Shown here: one piece after another, positions 44,347 through 53,034 of the stretch
Layout of the letters: each line of letters begins with the position of its first letter
How positions within the stretch are numbered: the stretch's first letter is position 1
DNA from: an uncultured Gammaproteobacteria bacterium
GTDB lineage: Bacteria > Patescibacteriota > Microgenomatia > CAZETR01
DNA: 57,994 nt
NCBI GenBank assembly: GCA_964514545.1
Contig: CAZETR010000032.1
Span: 1-57,994 of the forward strand
Direction of reading: 5' to 3'
Translations under genes and position numbers: made by a program
Notes under the pieces: generated by a model
The model's input: the letters and a program-made list of their open reading frames with translations, nothing else
The model's database searches: none
What the model was told of the DNA's origin: nothing

Positions 44347-44733
44347 ATGAAAAATCAAAAATACAGATCAAAAATTAAAAACAACATTGGTTTGAGGTTC
44401 TTTGATAGTGTTTATCAAATTGTGAAGAGGATTCCGGCGGGAAACGTAGCGACATATGGGCAGATAGCGAAGGCGATTGGAACAAGGGATGCCAGGATAG
44501 TTGGGTTTGCGTTGCATGCCAATAGAGATTCTGATGTGCCGTGTCACCGGGTGGTGAACAAGGAGGGGGGGCTAGCGGAGAACTTTGGCGGCCCGTTCGA
44601 CCCTACTTCGCAAATGCTTCGCAGGACAAGTGGGTGGAGAGAACAGAGGAGGAGGCTGTTGGCGGAGGGGGTGCCGTTTAAAAACGAAAAGATCGTGGAT
44701 ACAGAAAAGTGTAATTTCGATGTCAAAGTTTGA
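44347..44733 (+). CDS. MGMT-family O6-alkylguanine alkyltransferase (single domain)
   Basis: VATYGQIA, ARIVG, PCHRVV. Confidence 0.9.
   Translation: MKNQKYRSKIKNNIGLRFFDSVYQIVKRIPAGNVATYGQIAKAIGTRDARIVGFALHANRDSDVPCHRVVNKEGGLAENFGGPFDPTSQMLRRTSGWREQRRRLLAEGVPFKNEKIVDTEKCNFDVKV
44601..44630 (+). repeat. 30-bp family A element, in frame in the MGMT gene
   Basis: ccctacttcgcaaatgcttcgcaggacaag aligns ungapped with the 22780 copy. Confidence 0.7.
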
Positions 44734-44768
44734 GTTGATTTAGAGTTTCGTGCTTGCGTTCTAGGTTA

Positions 44769-44875
44769 GTGATATTCAGAGGGTCCTGCCGAGTTGTCCT
44801 CCCCCAATAAGTGCTCGGATACCTGCGCGCTTATTGGGGGTCTGCTGCGGCCTCATAGAGCCCTCCACTCGTCAC
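44769..44875. ncRNA. Candidate rod-shaped RNA with central bubble (6S-like?)
   Basis: cccccaataag/cttattggggg 11-bp apical stem; gagggtc/gagccctc and gtga/tcac outer stems; intergenic. Confidence 0.4.
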
Positions 44876-44957
44876 CCAGTCTCAAGTCGGTTTAGTTACT
44901 TGATGGAGAATTTTTGGGCCACGAAACTCGTGATTGGTCCAGTGATATACTTGGAAC

Positions 44958-45524
44958 ATGAAGCTTGCCCGAGGGAATAGGGTACTCGTAGGATATGTGT
45001 TGGTATTGGTCCTTGTCAGAATTTGGTTTGGGGGATTATATAAAGGCATTACAGGAGATTATTTAGCTGGCTGGTTGAGACTGGGAACTATAGTAGTCGG
45101 TCTTCTAGCTGGGTGGATATTGCCCGCAGTAGACCATCTGATATATTGGTATACGTATCCTCATGAGTTGACGCCAATGCGGGGATTGGAGCTGATGAAG
45201 GCGAAAAGGTACGGGGAAACGTTTTCTCTGCTGCGATCGACGGAGAACGAGAGGGGCCGGCTGGTTTTGCATGGTATTTTGTTCCAAGCGGTGTTTGCGG
45301 TTTTTGCTTTTTGGGTAATTAGTTCGGCGGGCAATGATATAGGGCGGGGATTGGTACTGGGAGTTTTGCTAAATCTGCTAATTTGGGACTATGGGAAAAT
45401 AAAGGGTGGCGAGACACAAAAGATTTTTTGGCAGATAAAAAGAGTGGTGGAAAAGAGAGAAGGGGTTGTTGCGGTGGGGGTAATGGGAGCGGTATTTACT
45501 TATTTGACACTGGCTATTTTTTAG
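44958..45524 (+). CDS. Hypothetical membrane protein
   Basis: ~5 TMs, DHL motif; TG-TATACT 6 nt upstream. Confidence 0.75.
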   Translation: MKLARGNRVLVGYVLVLVLVRIWFGGLYKGITGDYLAGWLRLGTIVVGLLAGWILPAVDHLIYWYTYPHELTPMRGLELMKAKRYGETFSLLRSTENERGRLVLHGILFQAVFAVFAFWVISSAGNDIGRGLVLGVLLNLLIWDYGKIKGGETQKIFWQIKRVVEKREGVVAVGVMGAVFTYLTLAIF

Positions 45525-45742
45525 AGAGGAGGATTACTAACGGTGCGACTATGTCGGCGACATAGGCGAGACCCGCAAGAGCTGCCCAGAAAAACCTTGG
45601 ACTGGGGAAGCTAAGCGTAAGGATACCGGCGAGAACGGGGGTGCAGCGGGATGAGGAGAAAAGTAATGCGACAGGGAGCAAAGAGGGCAATCACGCCTCC
45701 GGCAAATGCAGCCATTAACGAGATTCCGTTTAGAAGCTGCAT
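45514..45742 (-). pseudogene. CcdA-like (cytochrome c biogenesis/DsbD-beta) remnant with internal deletion and frameshift
   Basis: Frame 1 AAFAGGVIALFAPC; shifted frame SSRCTPVLAGILTLS. Confidence 0.55.
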
Positions 45743-45746
45743 TGAT

Positions 45747-45845
45747 TTACAGTACGTTGGCCGAGACTGAAAGCGTGATCCTGGACTGGTTAGGGTCGTT
45801 GGTACCGAAGCTGACTGACCGGGAAACGGGGCCGTTTACGGGCAT
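45747..45845 (-). pseudogene. 32-aa fragment resembling a DUF1573/Ig-like C-terminus
   Basis: GPVSRSVSFGTNDPNQSRITLSVSANV between csoR and the ccdA remnant. Confidence 0.35.
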
Positions 45846-45884
45846 AATTTTGGGGCGATAACGATTTTGGTATCAGAGTTTATA

Positions 45885-46166
45885 TCAATCAGCTTTGTCC
45901 ATTACCTTCATGACTTCGTCCACCACTTCTTTGGTATTGCCTTTTTTTATCTCGTGCGCGACGCAGGTTAGAAGATGGTCTTTGAGAATTACCTTGTTTA
46001 TTTCTTCCAGGGAAGAGCTCACGGCCAAAGATTGATGGATAACGTCGATACAGTAATCGCCTTTTTCTACCATTCGGATAACCTTATCTAAGTGGCCGCG
46101 GGCGATTTTGAGGCGGTGAAGAACCTTTCTCTTGGTTGATTTGTCTCTAGGAACACCCTTTGGCAT
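45885..46166 (-). CDS. csoR: CsoR/RcnR-family metal-sensing repressor
   Basis: RLKIARGHL, YCIDVIHQ, DHLLTCV. Confidence 0.88.
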   Translation of the reverse strand: MPKGVPRDKSTKRKVLHRLKIARGHLDKVIRMVEKGDYCIDVIHQSLAVSSSLEEINKVILKDHLLTCVAHEIKKGNTKEVVDEVMKVMDKAD

Positions 46167-46172
46167 ACTTTT

Positions 46173-46189
46173 ATCCCTACTAGGGGGAT
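46173..46189. promoter_or_regulatory. Probable CsoR operator
   Basis: atccctactagggggat: C-tract/G-tract pseudo-palindrome between csoR and the cop genes. Confidence 0.55.
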
Positions 46190-46241
46190 TGACATGATTT
46201 AAGCACTTGATTATGATGTCTGTCAAGGGAAGATTTAAGAT

Positions 46242-46664
46242 ATGCAAACTGATAAAATTTTCGTTTTGTTGATTGGAGTCGGCGCCATGGGATTTACGTA
46301 TATATGGTTTATGACGGGGTGGGGGAAGAAGGATGTGAGACTGAAACTGCTAAAAGAAGAGGGAAAAAAGAAGCTCGAAAGGCAGACCATAGAAATTGTT
46401 GTTGATGGGGGCTATCGACCTGAAACTGTTGCTGTCGACAAGGGAGCCAGGACGACGATTAGCTTTCTAAGGAAGGATCCAAGTTCGTGTTTGGAAGAGG
46501 TAGTCTTGCCGGAATTTGGGATCAAGAAGTTTTTACCGCTGGGAAAGAAAGTGGAGGTAAGTTTTGTGCCTGACAAAGCCGGAACGTTTAATTTCTCGTG
46601 CGGGATGCGAATGTTTCATGGGAAGATTGTTGTGACTGACCAACCTCCTCGACTACATTTATGA
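46242..46664 (+). CDS. Cupredoxin-domain protein
   Basis: [19 protein letters not shown]. Confidence 0.88.
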   Translation: MQTDKIFVLLIGVGAMGFTYIWFMTGWGKKDVRLKLLKEEGKKKLERQTIEIVVDGGYRPETVAVDKGARTTISFLRKDPSSCLEEVVLPEFGIKKFLPLGKKVEVSFVPDKAGTFNFSCGMRMFHGKIVVTDQPPRLHL

Positions 46665-48967
46665 ATAGCGTAAAGAAACAGTTTCCAATTGTAGGAATGC
46701 ACTGTGCGGCCTGCGCGATAAACATTCAAAGAACGCTTCGAAAGACTGTCGGGGTGGTGGTGGCTGATGTGAATTACGCCAGCGGAAGTGCTAGCGTGGA
46801 ATATGATCCCAGCGAGTGTAATGAGAAGAATCTGGAAGTGGCGGTTGCCAGCGTAGGTTCAGAGTATAAAGCTGTTCTGGGCGATGAAGGGGGCGGTGGA
46901 GCGAGTCCTTCGGGTTTAAGTGAAAGCGATCAAGTAGAAGAGCTGAAAAGAAAAGAACTCGACGATCTGCGGAAAAAGGTTGTTGTAAGTTGCGTGTTTT
47001 CGGTACTAATATTCATGGGGTCGATCCGAGACTTTGTTGCTTTTGTCCCATCCTTTTTGGCTTCCGGCCGGGTGCAGTTTTGGCTGTCTCTGCCGGTACA
47101 ATTTTGGGCCGGTGGAGTGTTTTTGAGAGCCTTGGTAAATAGTTTCAAAAACAGAATGGCCGGGATGGATACGCTAATTGGCTTGGGAACGATAGCGGCG
47201 TTTATTTTTTCTACGATCCAGGTTTTTGCTCCGGCGATGTTTGGGGGAGAGGGAATTTATTACGACACTGCGGCGGTAATTATTACCTTGATTTTACTGG
47301 GGAGGTTTCTGGAGATGAGGGCGAAGTCAAGAACGGGAGAGGCGATAAAGAAGTTATTGGGGCTTTCGGCTAGGACAGCGAGAGTGATACGGGGCAAAGA
47401 TGAGATAGAGATAGAAATTGAGAAGGTGATGGCGGGAGACTTGATTCGAGTGAGGCCGGGTGAGAAAGTGCCGGTTGACGGGAAGGTAATTGAGGGAGAA
47501 TCGGCTGTCGATGAAGCGATGATTTCCGGGGAGTCGATACCGGTTGAAAAAGGAGAAGGGGACATGGTCATCGGGGCGACGATTAATAAAAGCGGAAGCT
47601 TTGTTATGCAGGCGACCAAGGTAGGAAAAGATACGGTTTTGTCACAGATAGTAAAAATGGTCGAGCAGGCGCAGAATAGCCGGGCTCCGATTGCGCGGTT
47701 GGCGGACGAGATATCCGGATATTTTGTCCCGGTGGTAATGATGGCGGCGATTGGCACTTTTGTCGCCTGGTATTTGGCAGGGGCTGGGATTTCGTTTTCT
47801 TTACTTACAATGGTTGCGGTTTTGATTATTGCTTGTCCGTGCGCACTGGGACTCGCAACTCCGACCGCGATTATGGTGGGAGTGGGCAAAGGGGCTCAAA
47901 AAGGAATTTTGATAAAAGACGCGCAGGCCCTGGAGATTGCGCATAAGACAAGAACAGTAGTCTTTGACAAGACGGGGACACTGACCCGCGGTGAGCCAAA
48001 AGTAACTGACTTTGCGCTGATGCAGGCTCTGGAAAAGGTGGGGTTAAGTGTGAAGTGGCCTGTGGGCAGGATAGGGTCGATTGAGGGGTTTGTAAAACAG
48101 GCGGTCGCAAACCTGGAGAAAGGGTCGGAGCACCCTTTGTCTCGGGCGATAGTGGAGTTTTGTAGTAGTGACAGTAAGAGTAAGAGGGGTGAATTTCCGG
48201 TTAAAGAGTTTGTGGCGATTGAAGGATTTGGGGTTAGAGGAAGGGTGGGGGGGCTGAAAGTTGTAGTAGGGAACAGGAGGCTAATGGAGAGGGAGAAAGT
48301 GATGCGGTGTGCGGAGTTGGACAAAAAGGCTGACGCATGGTCGGGCGAGGGAAAGACATTGGCGTACGTGGGGATTGACGGAAAGAATGTGGCCTTGTTT
48401 GCCATTGCCGATACTCTAAAAGAAGAGGCTGGCGAGACTGTTGCAACACTAAAGAGGATGGGAGTTGATGTGTGGATGATTACCGGAGATAATACGCCCA
48501 CGGCCCAGGCGATTGGGCGAATGGCGGGGATCGATATGGTGATGGCGCAAGTGCTGCCGGAAGACAAGGTGAATAAGGTAAAGGAGCTGAAAGAGAAGTC
48601 AGGCGGGGTGGTGATGTTTGTCGGTGACGGGGTAAACGACGCTCCGGCGCTGGCGGCAGCTGATGTGGGGGTGGCCATGGGGAGCGGCACGGATGTGGCA
48701 ATTGAGTCGGCGGGGGTGACGCTACTCAGCCGTGACCTGCGGTCGGTTGTGTCGGCTCTCAAGTTATCGCGGGCGACGATGGGGGTGATAAAACAAAATT
48801 TGTTTTGGGCGTTTGCCTATAACGTGATTTTGATTCCGGTTGCAGCGGGAGCGCTCTTTCCTTTCTTTAGAGTTTTATTAAATCCAATACTGGCAAGTCT
48901 GGCGATGGCGGCAAGCTCGATTAGCGTGGTCGGGAACTCCCTGCGATTAAGGGAAGGCAAAATTTAA
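46661..48967 (+). CDS. copA: Cu(I)-translocating P1B-type ATPase
   Basis: [41 protein letters not shown]. Confidence 0.96.
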   Translation: MNSVKKQFPIVGMHCAACAINIQRTLRKTVGVVVADVNYASGSASVEYDPSECNEKNLEVAVASVGSEYKAVLGDEGGGGASPSGLSESDQVEELKRKELDDLRKKVVVSCVFSVLIFMGSIRDFVAFVPSFLASGRVQFWLSLPVQFWAGGVFLRALVNSFKNRMAGMDTLIGLGTIAAFIFSTIQVFAPAMFGGEGIYYDTAAVIITLILLGRFLEMRAKSRTGEAIKKLLGLSARTARVIRGKDEIEIEIEKVMAGDLIRVRPGEKVPVDGKVIEGESAVDEAMISGESIPVEKGEGDMVIGATINKSGSFVMQATKVGKDTVLSQIVKMVEQAQNSRAPIARLADEISGYFVPVVMMAAIGTFVAWYLAGAGISFSLLTMVAVLIIACPCALGLATPTAIMVGVGKGAQKGILIKDAQALEIAHKTRTVVFDKTGTLTRGEPKVTDFALMQALEKVGLSVKWPVGRIGSIEGFVKQAVANLEKGSEHPLSRAIVEFCSSDSKSKRGEFPVKEFVAIEGFGVRGRVGGLKVVVGNRRLMEREKVMRCAELDKKADAWSGEGKTLAYVGIDGKNVALFAIADTLKEEAGETVATLKRMGVDVWMITGDNTPTAQAIGRMAGIDMVMAQVLPEDKVNKVKELKEKSGGVVMFVGDGVNDAPALAAADVGVAMGSGTDVAIESAGVTLLSRDLRSVVSALKLSRATMGVIKQNLFWAFAYNVILIPVAAGALFPFFRVLLNPILASLAMAASSISVVGNSLRLREGKI

Positions 48968-49105
48968 AATTCAAAGGGCCAAATTACAATTCAAAATTCA
49001 AAAATTATCGCCATTTGCCACCAATTTAAACCCCATATGGTGACAAGTGTCGTAAGGCGACTTGTAGTTGCTAAATGGAATGCTTTTGGTATAACCTGGG
49101 TTACA

Positions 49106-49426
49106 ATGTCGATAAAAATTACAGACCAAAATTTTGACACGGAGGTTATAAAGGAGACCTTACCGGTAATGGTTGATTTCTGGGCCGAGTGGTGCGGGCC
49201 GTGCAAAATGGCCGAGCCCGTGATTGAGGAACTGGCAAGTACGTACGTCGATAAGGTCAAAGTGGGGAAACTGAACGTGGACGAGAATACAGCTGTTGCG
49301 GCAAAGTATGGGGTGATGAGTATCCCGACGGTGATACTGTTTAAAGATGGTGCCGAGGTGGCCCGACAGGTGGGGTATGCGGGTAAGGCAGGGTACGAGC
49401 AATTGGTTGCGAAGGCGAGCGTGTAA
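49106..49426 (+). CDS. trxA: Thioredoxin
   Basis: DFWAEWCGPCK, MSIPT. Confidence 0.96.
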   Translation: MSIKITDQNFDTEVIKETLPVMVDFWAEWCGPCKMAEPVIEELASTYVDKVKVGKLNVDENTAVAAKYGVMSIPTVILFKDGAEVARQVGYAGKAGYEQLVAKASV

Positions 49427-49431
49427 TTAGC

Positions 49432-50015
49432 CTATCGCTTGAAGAGCCTCTTCTTTTTAAGATCTACCACGTTGGAGCAGAGGTCGGTTATAACAAGCTG
49501 GTTGCCAATCGGTTTGACGTTCCAGGCAATCATGTTTATGCCTACAGTTCGAAGCCGATTGTTGAAGTTTTCCGAGGCAAATTCTAATATTCTCAAAATT
49601 TCTGAGTTGATACTGCGTTCGAGGCTTCACCAACTTGAAAAATATCTGCTAAAGTTTTGCCGGGGATAAGTTTCGATATTGTGAACGGCACGATTGCACT
49701 TCGGATATATGGGTCTTGACACCTACCGATTCCAAGAATTGGATTGACTGACCAGGCGAAATTGCACTCTTTGTGTAAGGGAAAACCGGCAACTTTGATT
49801 GATCGAAATTTCCGGGCTGCATCATTTGTTACCTTTGTATAATATGAGACTGTTTCGTAATTTACACTATCGTGCTTTGTGGGATTGCGCAGCCAGTAGA
49901 TTTTTACAGCGATTGCTTCTCCGGTTTTCGGATCTACTCCTCTAAGAACTAAAGACTCGTTGTGTCCGATTGATTCTTTTTCTAATGTGTATGCGGATAG
50001 GCTAACCTCTTTCAT
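49432..50015 (-). pseudogene. Frameshifted kinase-like/hypothetical gene
   Basis: ORF 49593-50015 (IG...AIAVKIY) continues in a shifted frame to WNVKPIGNQLVITDL, stop at 49432-49434. Confidence 0.4.
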
Positions 50016-50107
50016 AATTATGTGGTGTATTGTCTATTAGGTGCTATGTTTTTGCAAGTCGGGGTCGCGGGTTGTGGGTATGACTGGCGGCATGGTATGG
50101 TAGGTGG

Positions 50108-51211
50108 ATGGAGGGCGATATTTACGATGTGATGATAATTGGTTCGGGGCCGGCGGGGCTGACGGCGGGGATATATTGCGGTCGGGCAAATCTCAAGACG
50201 GTGGTGGTCGGTGGATCAATCTGGGGCGGACAGCTGATGCTGACGACGGATGTGGAGAATTTTCCGGGATTTCCCAAGGGAATACTCGGACCGCAACTGA
50301 TGGGGAATATGCGGGCACAAAGTGAGAAGTTCGGCGGAAGGGTTGTTGAAGAAGACGCAACCGGGGTTGACTTTTCCAAGCGGCCGTTTGAAGTAAGTGC
50401 GGGGGAAAAGAAGTACTTGGGCAAAGCTGTAATTGTGGCGACGGGCGCGGCTGCGAAATGGTTGGAGCTGCCCAATGAGCAAAAGTTAATCGGCAGAGGG
50501 GTCTCGAGTTGCGCCCCGTGCGACGCGCCGTTCTTTAGGGAAAAAGATGTGATTGTGGTGGGTGGAGGAGACGCGGCGATGGAAGAGGCGCTGACACTCG
50601 CGAGGTTTGCTAAAACCGTGACGATAGTCCACCGGAAAAGCGAGTTTAAGGCAAGCAAGATAATGCAGGAGAGGGTGATGGGGGAGCCAAAGATAAAGAT
50701 AATTTGGAATACGGAGGTAGCGGATATATTGGGGGAGAGCAAGGTGGGGGGAGTAACATTCAAATCCCAAACCCCCCGCCTTCGCCAGGGCTATGGCGGG
50801 CAGGCAAATTTGAAGTTCCAAATAAACCAAAATTTTCAAAATTCAAAAGTTGTTTCGCAAAACGAAAAAGAGATTATTTGGGAGATGGCGATAGACGGGG
50901 TGTTTGTGGCGATAGGGCACGTGCCGGCGACGGGTATTTTTAACGGGAAGATTGAGCTGGACGAGAAAGGGTATGTGGCGAAAGCCACAAATTCCTCATG
51001 GAAAGGTTCTGGCGAATTTTCCAGGGCAAGCAAATTCCAAACCTCAAAAAGGTACTCATCAATGAGTAGTGTTGAGGGGGTATTTGTGAGCGGGGACGTG
51101 CATGATTATTACTATCGGCAGGCAATAACGGCGGCGGGTTTCGGGTGTATGGCGGCGATGGACGCGGAGAGATGGCTGGCGGAGCAGGAGATATCTGAGG
51201 GCACAGTCTAA
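50108..51211 (+). CDS. trxB: Thioredoxin reductase
   Basis: IGSGPAG, CAPCD, GGGDAAMEEA, VFVAIGH, RQAITAAG. Confidence 0.96.
   Translation: MEGDIYDVMIIGSGPAGLTAGIYCGRANLKTVVVGGSIWGGQLMLTTDVENFPGFPKGILGPQLMGNMRAQSEKFGGRVVEEDATGVDFSKRPFEVSAGEKKYLGKAVIVATGAAAKWLELPNEQKLIGRGVSSCAPCDAPFFREKDVIVVGGGDAAMEEALTLARFAKTVTIVHRKSEFKASKIMQERVMGEPKIKIIWNTEVADILGESKVGGVTFKSQTPRLRQGYGGQANLKFQINQNFQNSKVVSQNEKEIIWEMAIDGVFVAIGHVPATGIFNGKIELDEKGYVAKATNSSWKGSGEFSRASKFQTSKRYSSMSSVEGVFVSGDVHDYYYRQAITAAGFGCMAAMDAERWLAEQEISEGTV
50775..50804 (+). repeat. 30-bp family A element, in frame in trxB
   Basis: cccgccttcgccagggctatggcgggcagg within a heptamer tract; read as PRLRQGYGGQ. Confidence 0.85.
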
Positions 51212-51287
51212 GTCTTGAGAGTACAGAAGATTTGACGAGATGGTGGTTGACAGAGGGAATTTGAAAAGATAATGTTGAGACCGCTGT

Positions 51288-52100
51288 ATGGAAGGCGCAA
51301 AGGGAAACAAGTTGATACCGGTGTTGGTCGTGGTTTTGGTGGCAGCGGCGTTTTTTATCGGCAATCTATCGGCAAAGGTGGCGTTTTTGGAAAAGGGAGG
51401 CGGAGTTAAAAATACTGCCGCGGGTGGCGCTGATGCCGCAGCTGCCCAACCCCAACAGCCGGCGGCTCCCAAGGTAACGCTTGATCAAGTGAAGCAATTG
51501 TTTAAGGGTGATCGAATAAAGTTTGGCGATGAGAAGAAGAAATTGTTATTTGTAGAGGTGGCTGATCCTAGTTGTCCTTACTGTCACGTAGCTGCCGGGA
51601 AGAACCCAGCATTAAACAAGCAGGTGGGAGATAAGTTCACTTTGGTGTCTGATGGCGGCAGCTATGTAGCTCCCGTGCCGGAAATGAAAAAGCTGGTTGA
51701 CGAGGGGAAGGCAGCGATGGTCTGGATATATTCGCCGGGACACGGGAATGGGGAGATGGGAACAAGGGCACTCTACTGCGCCCAGGAGAAAGGTAAGTTT
51801 TGGCAGGCGCATGACCTACTGATGTCTGACGCGGGGTACACACTGCTTAACGAAAAGGTAAAGAACGATAAAGCTAAGTCGGGCGAAGTAGCTGAATTCT
51901 TGAAATCCGTGGTGGATTCTGGCCAGATGAAGTCGTGTATAGATAGCGGAAAATACGACAGTAGGTTGACTGATGAGCCGCAGCTGGCATCGACATTTGG
52001 AATTAATGGGACCCCGGGATTTATCATAAATGACCAGGTATTTCCGGGGGCGTATTCATATACGGATATGAAATCGACGATTGAAGGGATACTGAAATAA
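51288..52100 (+). CDS. Membrane-anchored DsbA-family thioredoxin-fold protein
   Basis: DPSCPYC, GINGTPGF, GAYSY. Confidence 0.88.
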   Translation: MEGAKGNKLIPVLVVVLVAAAFFIGNLSAKVAFLEKGGGVKNTAAGGADAAAAQPQQPAAPKVTLDQVKQLFKGDRIKFGDEKKKLLFVEVADPSCPYCHVAAGKNPALNKQVGDKFTLVSDGGSYVAPVPEMKKLVDEGKAAMVWIYSPGHGNGEMGTRALYCAQEKGKFWQAHDLLMSDAGYTLLNEKVKNDKAKSGEVAEFLKSVVDSGQMKSCIDSGKYDSRLTDEPQLASTFGINGTPGFIINDQVFPGAYSYTDMKSTIEGILK

Positions 52101-52136
52101 CTCTTTGGTCAAATTTGTTGAACTGGGCCAATCGGG

Positions 52137-52832
52137 GTGGATACAATTACAATATTGAAGATGAAGATACTTATATTTTCGGATACACATCTAAACGGAA
52201 AGTTTGAGGAGAAGAAGGCGCGGTTTTTGAAAAGGATTATTACCGGCGCTGATCGGGTAATTATCAATGGAGATTTTTGGGACGGATGGCGAATAAATTT
52301 TTCCCAGTTTTTGGATTCTCCATGGAAAGAACTCTTCCCCTTGCTTAGGAAAAAACACACAGTTTATATTTACGGGAATCACGATACTGAGGGAATGTCC
52401 GACACGCGGGCCTCGATTTTTTCATCTATGAAGGCAAACAGCTGGGAGATGTCGATAGACGGGAAAACTTTCTCTTTTGAACATGGACATCGGTTGTCCG
52501 GAACTGCAGACAAGAATTTTCGTTTGGCGAAATATCAGAATGCTGCGCGCTATTTGCTGGAGAAATGGGACTCGTTGGAAGAAAGATTGGTGAGAAATTA
52601 TGGGAAAGGATACCTAAAGTACTTTTGGGGGGTAATTAATCCCAAAATGAAGTGGGAGATGCGAAAGAGATACCCTGATTCTAATTATTTGTTCTGCGGT
52701 CATTCACACTTGGCTGAGGCGGATAATAAGAGCGGGTTTTACAATACGGGTTTGATAAGGTATGGGTTGGGGCAATATATTGTGGTGGAAGATTCTAAAA
52801 TTTCTCCCAAAGAGGAGTGGTATGAAAAGTGA
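52137..52832 (+). CDS. Calcineurin-like metallophosphoesterase
   Basis: SDTH, NGD, GNHD, HGH, GHSH. Confidence 0.9.
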   Translation: MDTITILKMKILIFSDTHLNGKFEEKKARFLKRIITGADRVIINGDFWDGWRINFSQFLDSPWKELFPLLRKKHTVYIYGNHDTEGMSDTRASIFSSMKANSWEMSIDGKTFSFEHGHRLSGTADKNFRLAKYQNAARYLLEKWDSLEERLVRNYGKGYLKYFWGVINPKMKWEMRKRYPDSNYLFCGHSHLAEADNKSGFYNTGLIRYGLGQYIVVEDSKISPKEEWYEK

Positions 52833-52879
52833 GACTTTCTTGGCTAGGGAGTCGAACGGGCTGGTTTTGTATTTGTTAT

Positions 52880-53034
52880 AGCGGATCGAGAGTCCACGGG
52901 CGTGAACCCGCGGGTGAATCGGTCAAATCACATATCGGAGCGAACCCGCGTTACACGCGGGGGCGACCCGATATGAAGCAGTTCAGGCTTTCAGCCTCAG
53001 AAGAAACCCCGGGCGTAAGCCCGGGGAGCTTCAT
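52880..53034 (+). mobile_element. Non-autonomous IS200/IS605-family mini-element (omegaRNA-like), no tnpA/tnpB
   Basis: Left hairpin 52894-52913; right end gaaa-ccccgggc/gcccgggg-agcttcat 53003-53034; internal stems; left boundary uncertain. Confidence 0.7.

Noticed and set aside
44805-44835. SRP RNA helix 8 (CAGG...AGCA on the minus strand)
   Set aside because: Only 6 nt between the motifs instead of 3 bp plus a GNRA loop
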